Shown: piece after piece, positions 1 through 10,002 of the stretch
Layout: each line of letters opens with the position of its first letter
How positions within the stretch are numbered: the first letter of the stretch is position 1
Assembly: GCA_964424195.1 (NCBI GenBank)
Contig: CAYRHT010000001.1
Coordinates: forward strand, 70,102-134,101
DNA length: 64,000 nt
Origin: an uncultured Gammaproteobacteria bacterium
GTDB lineage: Bacteria; Patescibacteriota; Patescibacteriia; UBA1558; S5-K13
Direction: 5' to 3'
Position numbers and translations under genes: made by a program
The notes under the pieces: generated by a model
Database searches by the model: none
What the model saw: only the letters and a program-made list of their open reading frames with translations
Told to the model about the DNA's origin: nothing

Positions 1-780
1 TTTATCTAATTTATTTTTAGAGCTTTCTTTTTCATTAAGATTATTTTTAATATTCTTAATTTCTTTCTTTATTTTGGAAACTAAAAAACCATAGTAATCA
101 TACTGTAGTCCTTCTAGTTTTTCTTTAACTTCTTTTTGTTTAGCTAACTTATTTACCTGTCTAGTTAAATATTTTAAACGAGGAGATATTTCATGAAGAA
201 TAGCTTTGCTTTGAGTTAAGTTATTTTGAGTTCTAGTATATTTATGTTGAGCTTTATCTTTTTTAATCTGATAGGCTTTAACTCCAGTAGCTTCATCAAA
301 GAAAGATTTTCGAGAAGCAGCTGATTGACTTAAAACTTGATCAATCATACCCTGACCGATAATAGAGTAGTTATGTTGTCCAAAGCTAGCTTTAGCTAAA
401 AGTAATTGAATATCAATTAATCTAACTTTTGATTTATTAATAATGTATTCGCTTTCTCCAGTTCTAAAAACTCTTCTAGTAATTACTACTTCTTTGTAAT
501 CAATTGGTATTTTCCCATCAGAATTGTCTAAGTGAAGGCTAACTTCAGCCATACCCAAACGACTTTTTTTATCTGAACCAGCAAAAATAACTTCTTCGGC
601 TTTTTTAGTCCGAAGAATCTTTTGACTTTGTTCACCTGTAGCCCATCTAATGGCATCTGCTATATTTGATTTTCCAGAACCATTAGGCCCGACAATAGCA
701 GTTAGGTTTCTATTAAATTGTAGTTCAGTTTTATTTGCAAAAGACTTAAAGCCTTGCAATTCAATCTTTTTAAGAAACAT
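1..780 (-). CDS. smc: Chromosome segregation protein SMC, N-terminal part (runs off the window start)
   Basis: Not in the ORF track. Reverse strand from ATG at 780 reads MFLKKIELQGFKSFANKTEL...AIVGPNGSGKSNIADAIRW (SMC Walker A head); lies downstream of rnc. Confidence 0.93.
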   Translation of the reverse strand, partial: MFLKKIELQGFKSFANKTELQFNRNLTAIVGPNGSGKSNIADAIRWATGEQSQKILRTKKAEEVIFAGSDKKSRLGMAEVSLHLDNSDGKIPIDYKEVVITRRVFRTGESEYIINKSKVRLIDIQLLLAKASFGQHNYSIIGQGMIDQVLSQSAASRKSFFDEATGVKAYQIKKDKAQHKYTRTQNNLTQSKAILHEISPRLKYLTRQVNKLAKQKEVKEKLEGLQYDYYGFLVSKIKKEIKNIKNNLNEKESSKNKLDK

Positions 781-793
781 CTATTTTTTTGTT

Positions 794-1489
794 TTACCAA
801 TCTTTTTTTTCTAAACCTAATTTAGCGGCATTTACTTCAGCTTCCTGTTTAGAAGTTCCAGTAGCTTCAGTTATTAATTCTTTTTCTATATATAGTCCTA
901 CTGTAAATATTTTTTTGTGATCAGGTCCTTTTTCTCCGAGTAAGTTGTAGTGAGGAGTGATATTATACATTTCCTGAGACTTTTCTTGAAACTTTGTTTT
1001 TGGATCTAGATATAGTTCTTTTTCAACTATTTCATCAGCTTTGCATAGGAAATATTTTTCAATAAATTCAGTTGCTTTTTCATATCCTTGATCTAGATAG
1101 ATAGCTCCAATAATTGCTTCCATACAATTAGCTAAAATATATCTTCGAGCCTTAGTACTTTTGTCTCTAGATTCTCCATGACTTAAGTAGAGATATTTTT
1201 CAACTTCTAATTGTTCACCAGTATCTGCTAAACTGACAGAGTTTACAATACTAGCTCTAATATTTGTTAAATCACCCTCTGGTCTTTCCGGAAACTTATT
1301 AAAAAGATACTCGGTGGAGATTAATTCTAGAACAGCATCACCTAAAAATTCTAGTCTTTCATTGTGCCCTAGTTTAAAATTATGATTCTCGTTTAAAAAA
1401 GACCGATGCACAAAGGCTTGTCTTAATAGTTCCAGATTATTGAAGGGAAATTTAATTTTTTTAGAAAATTGTTCAATTTTGTCTTTCAT
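794..1489 (-). CDS. rnc: Ribonuclease III
   Basis: NERLEFLGDAVL signature and C-terminal dsRBD (GPDH..F, SKQEAE). Confidence 0.98.
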   Translation of the reverse strand: MKDKIEQFSKKIKFPFNNLELLRQAFVHRSFLNENHNFKLGHNERLEFLGDAVLELISTEYLFNKFPERPEGDLTNIRASIVNSVSLADTGEQLEVEKYLYLSHGESRDKSTKARRYILANCMEAIIGAIYLDQGYEKATEFIEKYFLCKADEIVEKELYLDPKTKFQEKSQEMYNITPHYNLLGEKGPDHKKIFTVGLYIEKELITEATGTSKQEAEVNAAKLGLEKKDW

Positions 1490-1506
1490 ATACCTATATT
1501 ATATCA

Positions 1507-1974
1507 TTATTTTTTAGTTTCGACATTAGATTTTTTAGTTTCAACTTCAACTTCTAATTCTTCACCAGTTATTTCTTTATAAATAGCTCCGAGAACGCCA
1601 TTAATGAATTTACTACTATTATCACCACCATATTTTTTAGCTAATTCAATAGCTTCATTGATAGCTACTTTAGGAGGGATAGTGTCATTATATTTTAATT
1701 CATAAATACCAATTCGAAGTATATTTCGGTCAACAATACTAATTTGCTTTAAAGGCCATTCTGGAGCATGTTCAGTTATTAGGTTATTTAGCTCTTTCCA
1801 TTTTTCAACTATATTTTTCAATAATTGAGAAGCAAAATCATCTTCATCATTACTAGGAGTGAATTCTTTTTTTGTATATTCTAATATTTTTTCTGGATTG
1901 TCTTGAGTTTTATTAAAATCCCAAGCAAAAAGACTTTGGAGAACTAATACTCTAGACATGTGACGATTTTGCAT
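1507..1974 (-). CDS. nusB: Transcription antitermination factor NusB
   Basis: [30 protein letters not shown] motifs. Confidence 0.97.
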   Translation of the reverse strand: MQNRHMSRVLVLQSLFAWDFNKTQDNPEKILEYTKKEFTPSNDEDDFASQLLKNIVEKWKELNNLITEHAPEWPLKQISIVDRNILRIGIYELKYNDTIPPKVAINEAIELAKKYGGDNSSKFINGVLGAIYKEITGEELEVEVETKKSNVETKK

Positions 1975-2024
1975 AAATTTTAGTTGTTTTATTATTAATT
2001 TTTGGGTAAAAAAAGAAGCACAGC

Positions 2025-2249
2025 TTATTGCTTTGCCTCTTTTTCTTTTTTGTCTTTTTTCTTATCCAAAGCTGTTTCAACTTTGATAATTTCTTCACCT
2101 TTGTAATAACCACAGTTCTTACAAACTTTATGAGGTAAAATCATTGTTTTACATTTAGAACATTTTACCAAACCTGTTTGTTTAAGTGCATGATGTGATC
2201 TTCTTCTATCTCTAGATGATGAAGTTCTTCGTTTTTTAGGTACGGACAT
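2025..2249 (-). CDS. rpmF: 50S ribosomal protein L32 (Zn-ribbon form)
   Basis: [19 protein letters not shown], CxxC...HxVCxxCGYY. Confidence 0.97.
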   Translation of the reverse strand: MSVPKKRRTSSSRDRRRSHHALKQTGLVKCSKCKTMILPHKVCKNCGYYKGEEIIKVETALDKKKDKKEKEAKQ

Positions 2250-2279
2250 ATAAATTCAATTTTAATTGATTATAAGAAG

Positions 2280-2308
2280 ATTCTATACTATTTTAGAGGA
2301 TTTGTCAA
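2280..2308 (-). promoter_or_regulatory. Sigma70 promoter for rpmF-nusB-rnc-smc
   Basis: Reverse strand TTGACA (2308-2303), 17 bp, TAGAAT (2285-2280). Confidence 0.65.
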
Positions 2309-2318
2309 AGATTAGTGC

Positions 2319-2347
2319 TTGACATTTTTGAATATATGTGCTATAAT
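2319..2347 (+). promoter_or_regulatory. Consensus sigma70 promoter for the orphan at 2374
   Basis: TTGACA-17-TATAAT with TGn extended -10; SD GGGAGGA just before the ATG at 2374. Confidence 0.8.
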
Positions 2348-2373
2348 TATATTAATTAGAAAAGGGAGGAAGT

Positions 2374-2844
2374 ATGAAAAAATTAGTATTAATCATGTTA
2401 TTGGTGTTAAGTATTGTTGGTCTCTTGGCTCGTCCAACTCCAACGAAATTATTGCCTCAAGCAATAATTGTTTATGGAGAAAGACTTCCGGAACATGCAA
2501 CTCTTACAACACTGCTTGACATTCAGATGGATAATGGAATGTATCCGGAAATAACATGGGGAGACACTGTATTAGTACTCTTGAGAAAAGCTCCGGAAAA
2601 GGGTTATAGAGATTTTGTCTTCCAAAAAATCACGACTCCGATTACTATGATGGAATTAGATTTGATGCCAGGACAGCTGACAAAAGAGATTGTTCTTGTT
2701 TGTTCGAAAGAGTATTACATTCTTTTGAAAGAAGAATTTCAAAGAATTGATGTTTGCCCGGATGCAATGGTATTGGGAGAAAGTTTCTATGCTATCTTTT
2801 TGGACGAGGGGGATTTAAAAATTCTCCTTCAGGAACATGGTTAG
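2374..2844 (+). CDS. Hypothetical secreted or membrane-anchored protein
   Basis: 156 aa with N-terminal hydrophobic signal; own promoter, SD and terminator. Confidence 0.75.
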   Translation: MKKLVLIMLLVLSIVGLLARPTPTKLLPQAIIVYGERLPEHATLTTLLDIQMDNGMYPEITWGDTVLVLLRKAPEKGYRDFVFQKITTPITMMELDLMPGQLTKEIVLVCSKEYYILLKEEFQRIDVCPDAMVLGESFYAIFLDEGDLKILLQEHG

Positions 2845-2865
2845 AAAGAATAAAACTTTAAAACG

Positions 2866-2900
2866 AAAAGCTACCGATGACAATTCATTGGTAGCTTTTT
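2866..2900. terminator. Bidirectional intrinsic terminator
   Basis: AAAAGCTACCGATGA-caat-TCATTGGTAGCTTTTT between convergent genes. Confidence 0.8.
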
Positions 2901-2915
2901 AAATTGTTTAAAACT

Positions 2916-5900
2916 TTATTTACTCATCTTAGCTAATAATTCTTCAGCTTCGGCTAACTTTTTCTTTTCTTGTTCTACTATTTCAGTAGGAGCATTGTCT
3001 ACGAACTTTTCATTATTTAATTTATTCTCTAGGGACTTGATATATGATCTTAAATTAGCGATTTCTTTCTCATTAGATTTTTTAATATCTACATTTAGAT
3101 ATATTTTAATGTTTGGTAGATGAATTTTAGTATTTAACTTTTCTCCTGTTCTTAGATTTTTAACTCGAGCTAATTTTTCAATAATAGGTGATTGAGTATT
3201 AATTAATTTATCATATTTTTTACTAATAATTAAACATTCGATGAATTTTGCAGGATCAATTTTGTTTTCGTTCTTAAATTTTCTAATCTCAGCAATAATG
3301 TTTTTAATTATTTGAAACTCTTCTTGAGTTTTTTTATCTTCTTTGTATTTTTTAAGTTCTGGCCATCTTTGAATTAACAATAAATCTGTTTTAAAGTTTT
3401 TCCAGATCACTTCAGTGATGTAAGGAGTGAAAGGATGCCAGAGTTTAAGTAAGTTTTGAAGGATGTAGAGTAAAATTTCATCTTTGTCTCCTTCAACTTT
3501 AGCTATTTCTAAATACCAATCAGCTAATTTATTCCAAGTGAAGTCATATAGTTCTTCGCCAGCTGGAGAGAATTGGAATTTATCAATCTTATCAGTAATC
3601 CCAAAAGTAATTTTATCTAACTCATCTAAAATCCATTTATCAGCCAAAGTTTTAACTTTAGGTTTCTTTTCTATTAATTTAACTTCTTCAACGCTAGTTA
3701 ATATATATCTAGATATATTCCAAAGCTTGTTTACGAAGTTTCGATAACCAGCAATTTTTTCATCATAAAGTTTTACATCATTTCCAGGAGTAGAACCAAC
3801 TATCATAGAAAGTCTTAGAGCATCAGCTCCGTAATCTTTAATCATTTCTAGAGGATCAATACCATTACCTAAAGACTTTGACATCTTTCGTCCTTGTTTA
3901 TCTCTTACTAATCCATGTAAATATACGGTATCAAATGGTTTTTCATTTAAAGCATAGGTAGTCATTAAGATCATTCGAGCTACCCAGAAGAAGAGAATAT
4001 CATAACCAGTTTCCATTACAGAATTAGGGTGGAATTCTTTTAAATCTTTAGTTTTGTCTGGTCCACCAAGAGTACTGAAAGTCCATAAACCAGAAGAAAA
4101 CCAAGTATCTAGAGTGTCAGGATCTTGTTTTAATTCTTTGAGTTTATAATGATTGTCAGGAATATCAAAACTTATTGGTTTATCAAAACTAGTTTTATAT
4201 TCTGAAAGTTCAAGAGGACTTTCATTAACCATTAAGCTTCTAATATATCTTATTAAAGTACCATGACAAACTATTAAAATTTTCTTTCCTTTATTATTTT
4301 TAAGAGTTTCTTCTAGAAATATTTCAATTCTCTTTAAAACTTCAGCTGGACTCTCTTCTGAATCACCAGGAATATCATAATTTAATTTGTCTTTTGAATA
4401 ACCAGGATGTTGTTTTTTAAATTTTTCATCTTTTTTAACCCCTTCAAATTCTCCAAATCCTTTTTCAACTAATAGTTTATTTGTTTCTAAAGGTAATTTA
4501 AGGTTTTCGTTTAATATTTCAGCAGTTTGTTTAGCTCTTTTTAGAGGAGAACTTATTATTAAATCATAATTCTCTTTTTTAATTTTTGGTATTAAATCTT
4601 TGATAGCTTGAGTATTCATTTCGTCTAGAGGAGTGTCTTTTTTACCTTGGATTATTTTTTCTTTATTCCAATCAGTTATTCCATGTCTCATGAAAGAAAG
4701 CTTGGTAATATCTTTAGGAACAATTATTTCATCACCTTTATACCAAACTGGAATTCGATGTCCAAACCAAATTTGACGAGAAATACACCAATCTCTAAGA
4801 TTATCCATCCATTGGAAGTAAGTTTTATTAAATCGATCAGGAATAATTTCAATTTCTTTCTTTTTAACTACTTCGGAGGCTAATTGTTTCAGTGTTTTAT
4901 TCTTTCTTTTCTTAATTGGCTTATTTACATTTACAAACCATTGTTCAGAAGGAAGTGGTTCAATTGGAGTTCCACAACGATAGCAAACCGAGAGGTTATG
5001 AACATAATTTTCATCAATCTTTTCAACTAAGCCTTTAGATTTTAATATTTCTACTACTTTTTTACGAGCTTCTTTAACTGGTAAACCAGCTAAATCTCCA
5101 GCAGCTTCAGTCATCTGACCTTCTTTGTTAATAATTTCTTCAATTTTTAAATTATATTTTTGAGCTAATTCATAATCTATCATGGAATGAGCGGGAGTAA
5201 TTGTCATAGCACCAGTTCCCATTTCCATATCTGCAGACATATCAGCAATTACTTGAGTTTTAATTTTTCCGTCTATCCATTCTACTTCAAATTCTTTACC
5301 AACGATATCTTTATATCTCTTATCTTGAGGATGAACAATTATTACTTTATCAGAAAACTTTGTTTCCGGACGAGCTGTTCCAATAACTACTGGACCATAT
5401 TTAAAGTAATAAAAAGGTGATGTTTGTTCTTTGTATTCTACTTCATCGTCAGCTAAGGTTGATTGGCAGTGAGGGCACCAATTTACAACTCTTTTGCCTC
5501 GATAGATAAGAGCATCGTTATACATATCTATAAAAACTTTTTGAACTGCTTTAGTTGATCCTTCATCCATGGTATATCTTTCTCGAGACCAGTCTAAAGA
5601 AGAACCCATCTTTTGAAGTTGTTTTTTAATTACTGTTTTAGATTCGTTTACAAACTTGTCAACTTCTTCTAGAAATTTTTCTCTTCCAATTTGATGACGA
5701 TCAATCCCTTGAGCTTTTAATTTTTTATCCACCACAGTTTGAGTAGCAATCGCAGCATGATCCATTCCTGGTAGCCAAAGAGTCTTATCACCTTTCATTC
5801 GATGATATCGAACCATAAGGTCTTGATAGGCAAGCATAGCAGCGTGTCCAATATGGAGCTGTCCAGTTACATTAGGGGGAGGGAGGACAATAGAGAATGT

Positions 5901-6005
5901 TTCTTTATTTCTATTTGGTAAATTGTCAGGGTTAAAATATCCAGAATTTAACCATTCTGAATAAATGTCATCTTCAAATTTTTTAGCTTCGTATGCCTTT
6001 TTCAT
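2916..6005 (-). CDS. valS: Valine--tRNA ligase with an inserted histidine phosphatase domain
   Basis: PPPNVTGQLHIGH (HIGH), WCISRQ, DTLDTWFSS, KMSKS and C-terminal coiled coil; ~190-aa RHG-type insertion at ~4145-4715. Confidence 0.97.
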   Translation of the reverse strand: MKKAYEAKKFEDDIYSEWLNSGYFNPDNLPNRNKETFSIVLPPPNVTGQLHIGHAAMLAYQDLMVRYHRMKGDKTLWLPGMDHAAIATQTVVDKKLKAQGIDRHQIGREKFLEEVDKFVNESKTVIKKQLQKMGSSLDWSRERYTMDEGSTKAVQKVFIDMYNDALIYRGKRVVNWCPHCQSTLADDEVEYKEQTSPFYYFKYGPVVIGTARPETKFSDKVIIVHPQDKRYKDIVGKEFEVEWIDGKIKTQVIADMSADMEMGTGAMTITPAHSMIDYELAQKYNLKIEEIINKEGQMTEAAGDLAGLPVKEARKKVVEILKSKGLVEKIDENYVHNLSVCYRCGTPIEPLPSEQWFVNVNKPIKKRKNKTLKQLASEVVKKKEIEIIPDRFNKTYFQWMDNLRDWCISRQIWFGHRIPVWYKGDEIIVPKDITKLSFMRHGITDWNKEKIIQGKKDTPLDEMNTQAIKDLIPKIKKENYDLIISSPLKRAKQTAEILNENLKLPLETNKLLVEKGFGEFEGVKKDEKFKKQHPGYSKDKLNYDIPGDSEESPAEVLKRIEIFLEETLKNNKGKKILIVCHGTLIRYIRSLMVNESPLELSEYKTSFDKPISFDIPDNHYKLKELKQDPDTLDTWFSSGLWTFSTLGGPDKTKDLKEFHPNSVMETGYDILFFWVARMILMTTYALNEKPFDTVYLHGLVRDKQGRKMSKSLGNGIDPLEMIKDYGADALRLSMIVGSTPGNDVKLYDEKIAGYRNFVNKLWNISRYILTSVEEVKLIEKKPKVKTLADKWILDELDKITFGITDKIDKFQFSPAGEELYDFTWNKLADWYLEIAKVEGDKDEILLYILQNLLKLWHPFTPYITEVIWKNFKTDLLLIQRWPELKKYKEDKKTQEEFQIIKNIIAEIRKFKNENKIDPAKFIECLIISKKYDKLINTQSPIIEKLARVKNLRTGEKLNTKIHLPNIKIYLNVDIKKSNEKEIANLRSYIKSLENKLNNEKFVDNAPTEIVEQEKKKLAEAEELLAKMSK

Positions 6006-6074
6006 ATTATATATAATGATGAGATTAAAAGGTTACTATTTTAGTATAACAATAAATTTAAACTTAAAAAACTC

Positions 6075-6103
6075 TTGACAAAATAGTAAATATATTATAC
6101 TAT
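6075..6103 (+). promoter_or_regulatory. Sigma70 promoter for the orphan at 6145
   Basis: TTGACA-17-TACTAT; G-rich SD AAGGGGG before the ATG. Confidence 0.6.
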
Positions 6104-6144
6104 TAAGTGTTAGGTTTAATAAAAAAATGTGTTAAGGGGGAAAG

Positions 6145-6579
6145 ATGAAAAAGAGAACATTAAATTTGTTTTGGGGAATGATGATTTTGTTGAATGCTGG
6201 ATTAATACCAATGTTGATAATTAGTTTATTTTTAAAATCAGATTCGTTTGATTATCAATGGATGATGATTGCTTTTATCAATTCAGTTATTACCTTTTTT
6301 GTAAGTATTTTTGTTAAAAGGGTGTTGGTATTTGAATCTTGGGAATTTCTTCATTATTCTTTCAATATTTTGACAGGAATACTTTTGGGATTAGCTTTAG
6401 TGATGTGCAGGTTTTTCCCAGTTGTTAGACGAGCATTTGATGTTCATAGTAGCCAGGTTTTTGATCAAATGCCAATATTGATAATTTTTACCGCGATTGG
6501 AGGTGTAGCATATGTTATTTCGAATATTTTGAATATTATTTTTTATTTGAAATACATAAAATTATCGTTCAATGATTAA
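6145..6579 (+). CDS. Hypothetical four-TM membrane protein
   Basis: 144 aa with four hydrophobic segments; own promoter, SD and terminator. Confidence 0.75.
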   Translation: MKKRTLNLFWGMMILLNAGLIPMLIISLFLKSDSFDYQWMMIAFINSVITFFVSIFVKRVLVFESWEFLHYSFNILTGILLGLALVMCRFFPVVRRAFDVHSSQVFDQMPILIIFTAIGGVAYVISNILNIIFYLKYIKLSFND

Positions 6580-6596
6580 ATTAGTTTTAAAAAATG

Positions 6597-6631
6597 AAGC
6601 TCACGGCAATCAGTTTGTTGTGAGTTTTTTT
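6597..6631 (+). terminator. Intrinsic terminator
   Basis: AAGCTCACGGCAA-tcagt-TTGTTGTGAGTTTTTTT, stem with G-U pairs and T tract. Confidence 0.65.
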
Positions 6632-6658
6632 ATTTTAAGAGCGTAAAATAAAATTTAT

Positions 6659-7081
6659 TTAAGTATCAATTATTCTTTCGTTTTCTTTCTTTCCTAATTT
6701 AAATTTAATGTATTTAGTTCTCTTAGGTAAGCTATCTTTAATTTTATCAGCCCATTCAATTAAAACAAGGCTTTGATCATCATTTAAATAATCTTTTATC
6801 CCAATATCTATTAAAGATTCATAATCTTCAAAGCGATAACAATCAATATGAACTAAATTAGTATATTTCTTATCACCTTTAATCTTATACACTTTCATTA
6901 CTACAAAAGTAGGGCTAGTGATATTTTTAATATTAAAATATTCTCCAACTCCTTTAGTAAAAGCTGTTTTACCAGAACCTAGGTCTCCAATTAAACCAAT
7001 TACATTAGTATCAAAAGAATTAACTAGTTTTTTGCCTAGTTTTAAGGTTTCATTTAATGATTTTGTAGTATATTTATTCAC
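6659..7081 (-). CDS. tsaE: t6A biosynthesis ATPase TsaE
   Basis: GDLGSGKT, ITSPTF, HIDCYR, IEWA motifs; GTG start. Confidence 0.96.
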   Translation of the reverse strand: MNKYTTKSLNETLKLGKKLVNSFDTNVIGLIGDLGSGKTAFTKGVGEYFNIKNITSPTFVVMKVYKIKGDKKYTNLVHIDCYRFEDYESLIDIGIKDYLNDDQSLVLIEWADKIKDSLPKRTKYIKFKLGKKENERIIDT

Positions 7082-7128
7082 TTGGATTTGAAGTATTAAG
7101 TAAGTTTATTTTTTTTCTGTGATTTTGA

Positions 7129-7365
7129 TTATAATCTGTATGTTTTTTCATTTCGTAAACGAATAGCATCAATAATTACTTCTTTTTCTTCTAAATGATA
7201 TATTATTCTAAATTTTCCAGACTTAACTCGATAAAAATTAGTATTTTTTATTTTAACAATGTTAAGATTTTTTTTGTTATTACTAATTAATTTTTGGATA
7301 ACAAAAAGAAGTCTCTGACGATCAGACTGACTGATTTTCATTAATAATTTTTGAATTTTATCCAT
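7129..7365 (-). CDS. RelE/ParE-family toxin
   Basis: 78 aa, basic, YRVKSGKFRIIY and C-terminal R.EKTY; directly follows an antitoxin-like gene. Confidence 0.8.
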   Translation of the reverse strand: MDKIQKLLMKISQSDRQRLLFVIQKLISNNKKNLNIVKIKNTNFYRVKSGKFRIIYHLEEKEVIIDAIRLRNEKTYRL

Positions 7366-7605
7366 TTAAGTACTTTTCTTTAATATCTTAACGAGGTCTT
7401 TAGCTTTAATTCCTTTACCTTTATTATCACGAATAGCATCAAAAACAGTGTATTCTTTTTTTTCTAAGTCATCAAGAAAAAGAGGACGAATTTCTAAACT
7501 CTCTCCCTTGTCTTTAATTAAAAAACGATTAGTTTTAAAATTATTTCTCCAACTAGCTGGAATCGTAATTTGACCTTTGGTAGTTGTTTTAGCGATAGTG
7601 TTCAT
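7366..7605 (-). CDS. AbrB/MazE/SpoVT-family antitoxin
   Basis: TTTKGQITIPASWR swapped-hairpin motif. Confidence 0.85.
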   Translation of the reverse strand: MNTIAKTTTKGQITIPASWRNNFKTNRFLIKDKGESLEIRPLFLDDLEKKEYTVFDAIRDNKGKGIKAKDLVKILKKST

Positions 7606-7675
7606 ATATTTTGTATTAATGTATTACTTTCTTACATTATTACTTTATCAAATAAAGAATAAATAGTCAAGACAT

Positions 7676-8686
7676 CTATAATTCTAAATTAGCATCAGCC
7701 ATTAAACTAAAATTATTCTTTTGGGCTTTGTTTCTGTTAAAATATCCAGTTATAGCAATCATCGCAGCATTATCTCCAGTGTGTTTTAGTTCTGGAAAGT
7801 AAGTTTTGATATTCAATTCACTAGCTTTATCTTTTAAAGTTTCTCTTAATTCCTGATTAGCACTAACTCCTCCACCTAGGAGAATATTCTTCACTTTATA
7901 TTTTTGAGCAGCTTTAATTATCTTAAAACTTAAAACATCTACTACTGCTTCTTGAAATGAAAAACAATATTCATTAATTTTTTCCTCAGTCCATTTATTT
8001 TCTGCTTGAGCTTTGTAGAGAACAGCAGTTTTTAATCCTGAAAAGGACATCTGAAAGTCTTTAGTATTTTTCATTGGTCTCGGAAAGTTTAAATTATCTA
8101 TTCCTTTGTATTTTTTAGCTCTCTGAGAGATAATTGGACCCCCAGGATATCCTAAGTTTAAGATTTTAGCTACTTTGTCATATGCTTCTCCTACAGCATC
8201 ATCTACTGTAGTTCCAATTAATTTGTATTTTCCATAATCTTTCATTAAAAATATCTGAGTATGACCACCAGATACTACTACTGCTAAAGCTGGAAAAGTT
8301 TTTTTAGAAAATAGTTCAGGATGACTAAGCCAATTGGAATAAATATGAGCTTCAATGTGATTTATTGGAATTAGAGGTTTTTGATGAACATAAGAGAGAG
8401 TTTTAGCTAATTCTACACCAGTCATTAAAGAAGTAATTAATCCCGGACCATAAGTTACAGCAATATTATCAATTTTTTTAAAATTAATTTTAGCTTGTTT
8501 TAGAATAGGAAAAAAATTCTCCGCATGATGTCGAGCAGCAATTTCTGGAACTATTCCGCCATATTGTTTGTGAATATTAATTTGTGATGAAATAATACTC
8601 TTTTTAATTCTAACTTTATTATTTTTTATTTCTAATAAAGCAATAGCACTCTCATCACAAGAAGATTCTATTCCGAGAATAAACAT
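7676..8686 (-). CDS. tsaD: tRNA threonylcarbamoyltransferase TsaD
   Basis: ILGIESSCDE, GGIVPEIAARHH, HIEAH, VSGGHT, SFSGLKT, DNAAMIA. Confidence 0.98.
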   Translation of the reverse strand: MFILGIESSCDESAIALLEIKNNKVRIKKSIISSQINIHKQYGGIVPEIAARHHAENFFPILKQAKINFKKIDNIAVTYGPGLITSLMTGVELAKTLSYVHQKPLIPINHIEAHIYSNWLSHPELFSKKTFPALAVVVSGGHTQIFLMKDYGKYKLIGTTVDDAVGEAYDKVAKILNLGYPGGPIISQRAKKYKGIDNLNFPRPMKNTKDFQMSFSGLKTAVLYKAQAENKWTEEKINEYCFSFQEAVVDVLSFKIIKAAQKYKVKNILLGGGVSANQELRETLKDKASELNIKTYFPELKHTGDNAAMIAITGYFNRNKAQKNNFSLMADANLEL

Positions 8687-8718
8687 ATATTATTTTAATT
8701 TGAGAATTTACTTGGAGT

Positions 8719-10002
8719 TTAAGAAGTACATTTCTTCTTTAAGAAATCCATGACTTTTTTATTGAGTAATCCTAATCTTAAATGTTCTTTATATTGAGGT
8801 GATTCTAAATTTTTAATCATTTCGTTATCATTACCATACATTTGTTTAGCCATAGCTATTTCATCATCAATTTCTTTATCCTTAATCTCCATCTTTTCTT
8901 GATCAATAACAGCTTTCATGATTAAAGAAGATTCTAGTCTTTTCTGAGCTTGTTCTTTAAAATCTTTTTCCATATCTTCTACTTTTTTACCAAGTTGTTG
9001 GATATAGTCTTCAAATTTTAATCCTTGTCTTTCAATATTTTGTTTAAGTTCTTCAATCATCTTTTGAGTTTCAAGTTTAATTAAATCTTCAGAAAATTCT
9101 CCAATTTCAGAATCTTTAAGGATCTTATCAATAATTTCTATTTCAGTTTTTCGGTCTTCTCCTTTAGATTTTTCAGCTTCGTAATTCTTTTTAATTTTTT
9201 CTTTCAAGTCTTTCAAATCTTTAGCTGCTAATATTGTTTTAGCCCAAGTATCATTAACTTTTGGTAGAGTTCTCTTGTAAACAGCTTTAATCTCTATTTT
9301 AAAGTCTGCCTCTTTACTAGCCATTTGTTTGTTATGGTACTTTTCTGGGAATTTTAACTTAAATTCAACCTTTTCTCCTTTTTTCTTACCCATGATATTC
9401 TCTTCAAAGCCAGGAATCATATGCCCTTTACCAATTACTAAAGGATAATTAGCCTCTTTACCTCCTTCAATAGGAACATTCTCAATACTTACTGTAAAAT
9501 CAATATCAGTTTTGTCACCTTCTTCAATTTTCTTGTCTTCTAGAACTTCTTGAGCTTGGTTTTCTCTTAAAGTTTCAATAGCTTTGTTAATTTCATCCTC
9601 ACTAACTTTAACTTCTGCTTTTTTGACTTTAATTTTTTCTAAATCACAAAGTTTAATACTTGGGATTAAATTAACAGTAGCTTTAAAAATTAATGGATTT
9701 CCAATAGCCATTTTTTCAATGTCTACTTTAGGATGAGAAATTGGTTCTAGTTTTTCTTTAGTTACTGCTTCGAAATAGAAGTTAGTTAGGATAGAGTCTA
9801 AAGCTTGTTCAAAGATCTTCATTTCTCCAAATTTCTTTTTAACAATATCATAGGGAGCTTTTCCAGGTCTAAAACCTTGAATTTTAGCATCCTTAGACAT
9901 TTGTTCAGCTGTTTTCTCTAAGAAACTTTGATATTCTTTTTCTTCAACTTCAATACTTAACTCTACTTGATTTTTAGGTAATTCTTTTTTAGTAATTTTC
10001 AT
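8719..10002 (-). CDS. tig: Trigger factor
   Basis: GFRPGKAP ribosome-binding motif and FKBP-like MIPGFEE. Confidence 0.97.
   Translation of the reverse strand: MKITKKELPKNQVELSIEVEEKEYQSFLEKTAEQMSKDAKIQGFRPGKAPYDIVKKKFGEMKIFEQALDSILTNFYFEAVTKEKLEPISHPKVDIEKMAIGNPLIFKATVNLIPSIKLCDLEKIKVKKAEVKVSEDEINKAIETLRENQAQEVLEDKKIEEGDKTDIDFTVSIENVPIEGGKEANYPLVIGKGHMIPGFEENIMGKKKGEKVEFKLKFPEKYHNKQMASKEADFKIEIKAVYKRTLPKVNDTWAKTILAAKDLKDLKEKIKKNYEAEKSKGEDRKTEIEIIDKILKDSEIGEFSEDLIKLETQKMIEELKQNIERQGLKFEDYIQQLGKKVEDMEKDFKEQAQKRLESSLIMKAVIDQEKMEIKDKEIDDEIAMAKQMYGNDNEMIKNLESPQYKEHLRLGLLNKKVMDFLKKKCTS

Noticed and set aside
2319-2519. 66-aa ORF starting at TTG
   Set aside because: Its start is the -35 box of the promoter, and it overlaps the better-supported 2374 ORF in another frame.
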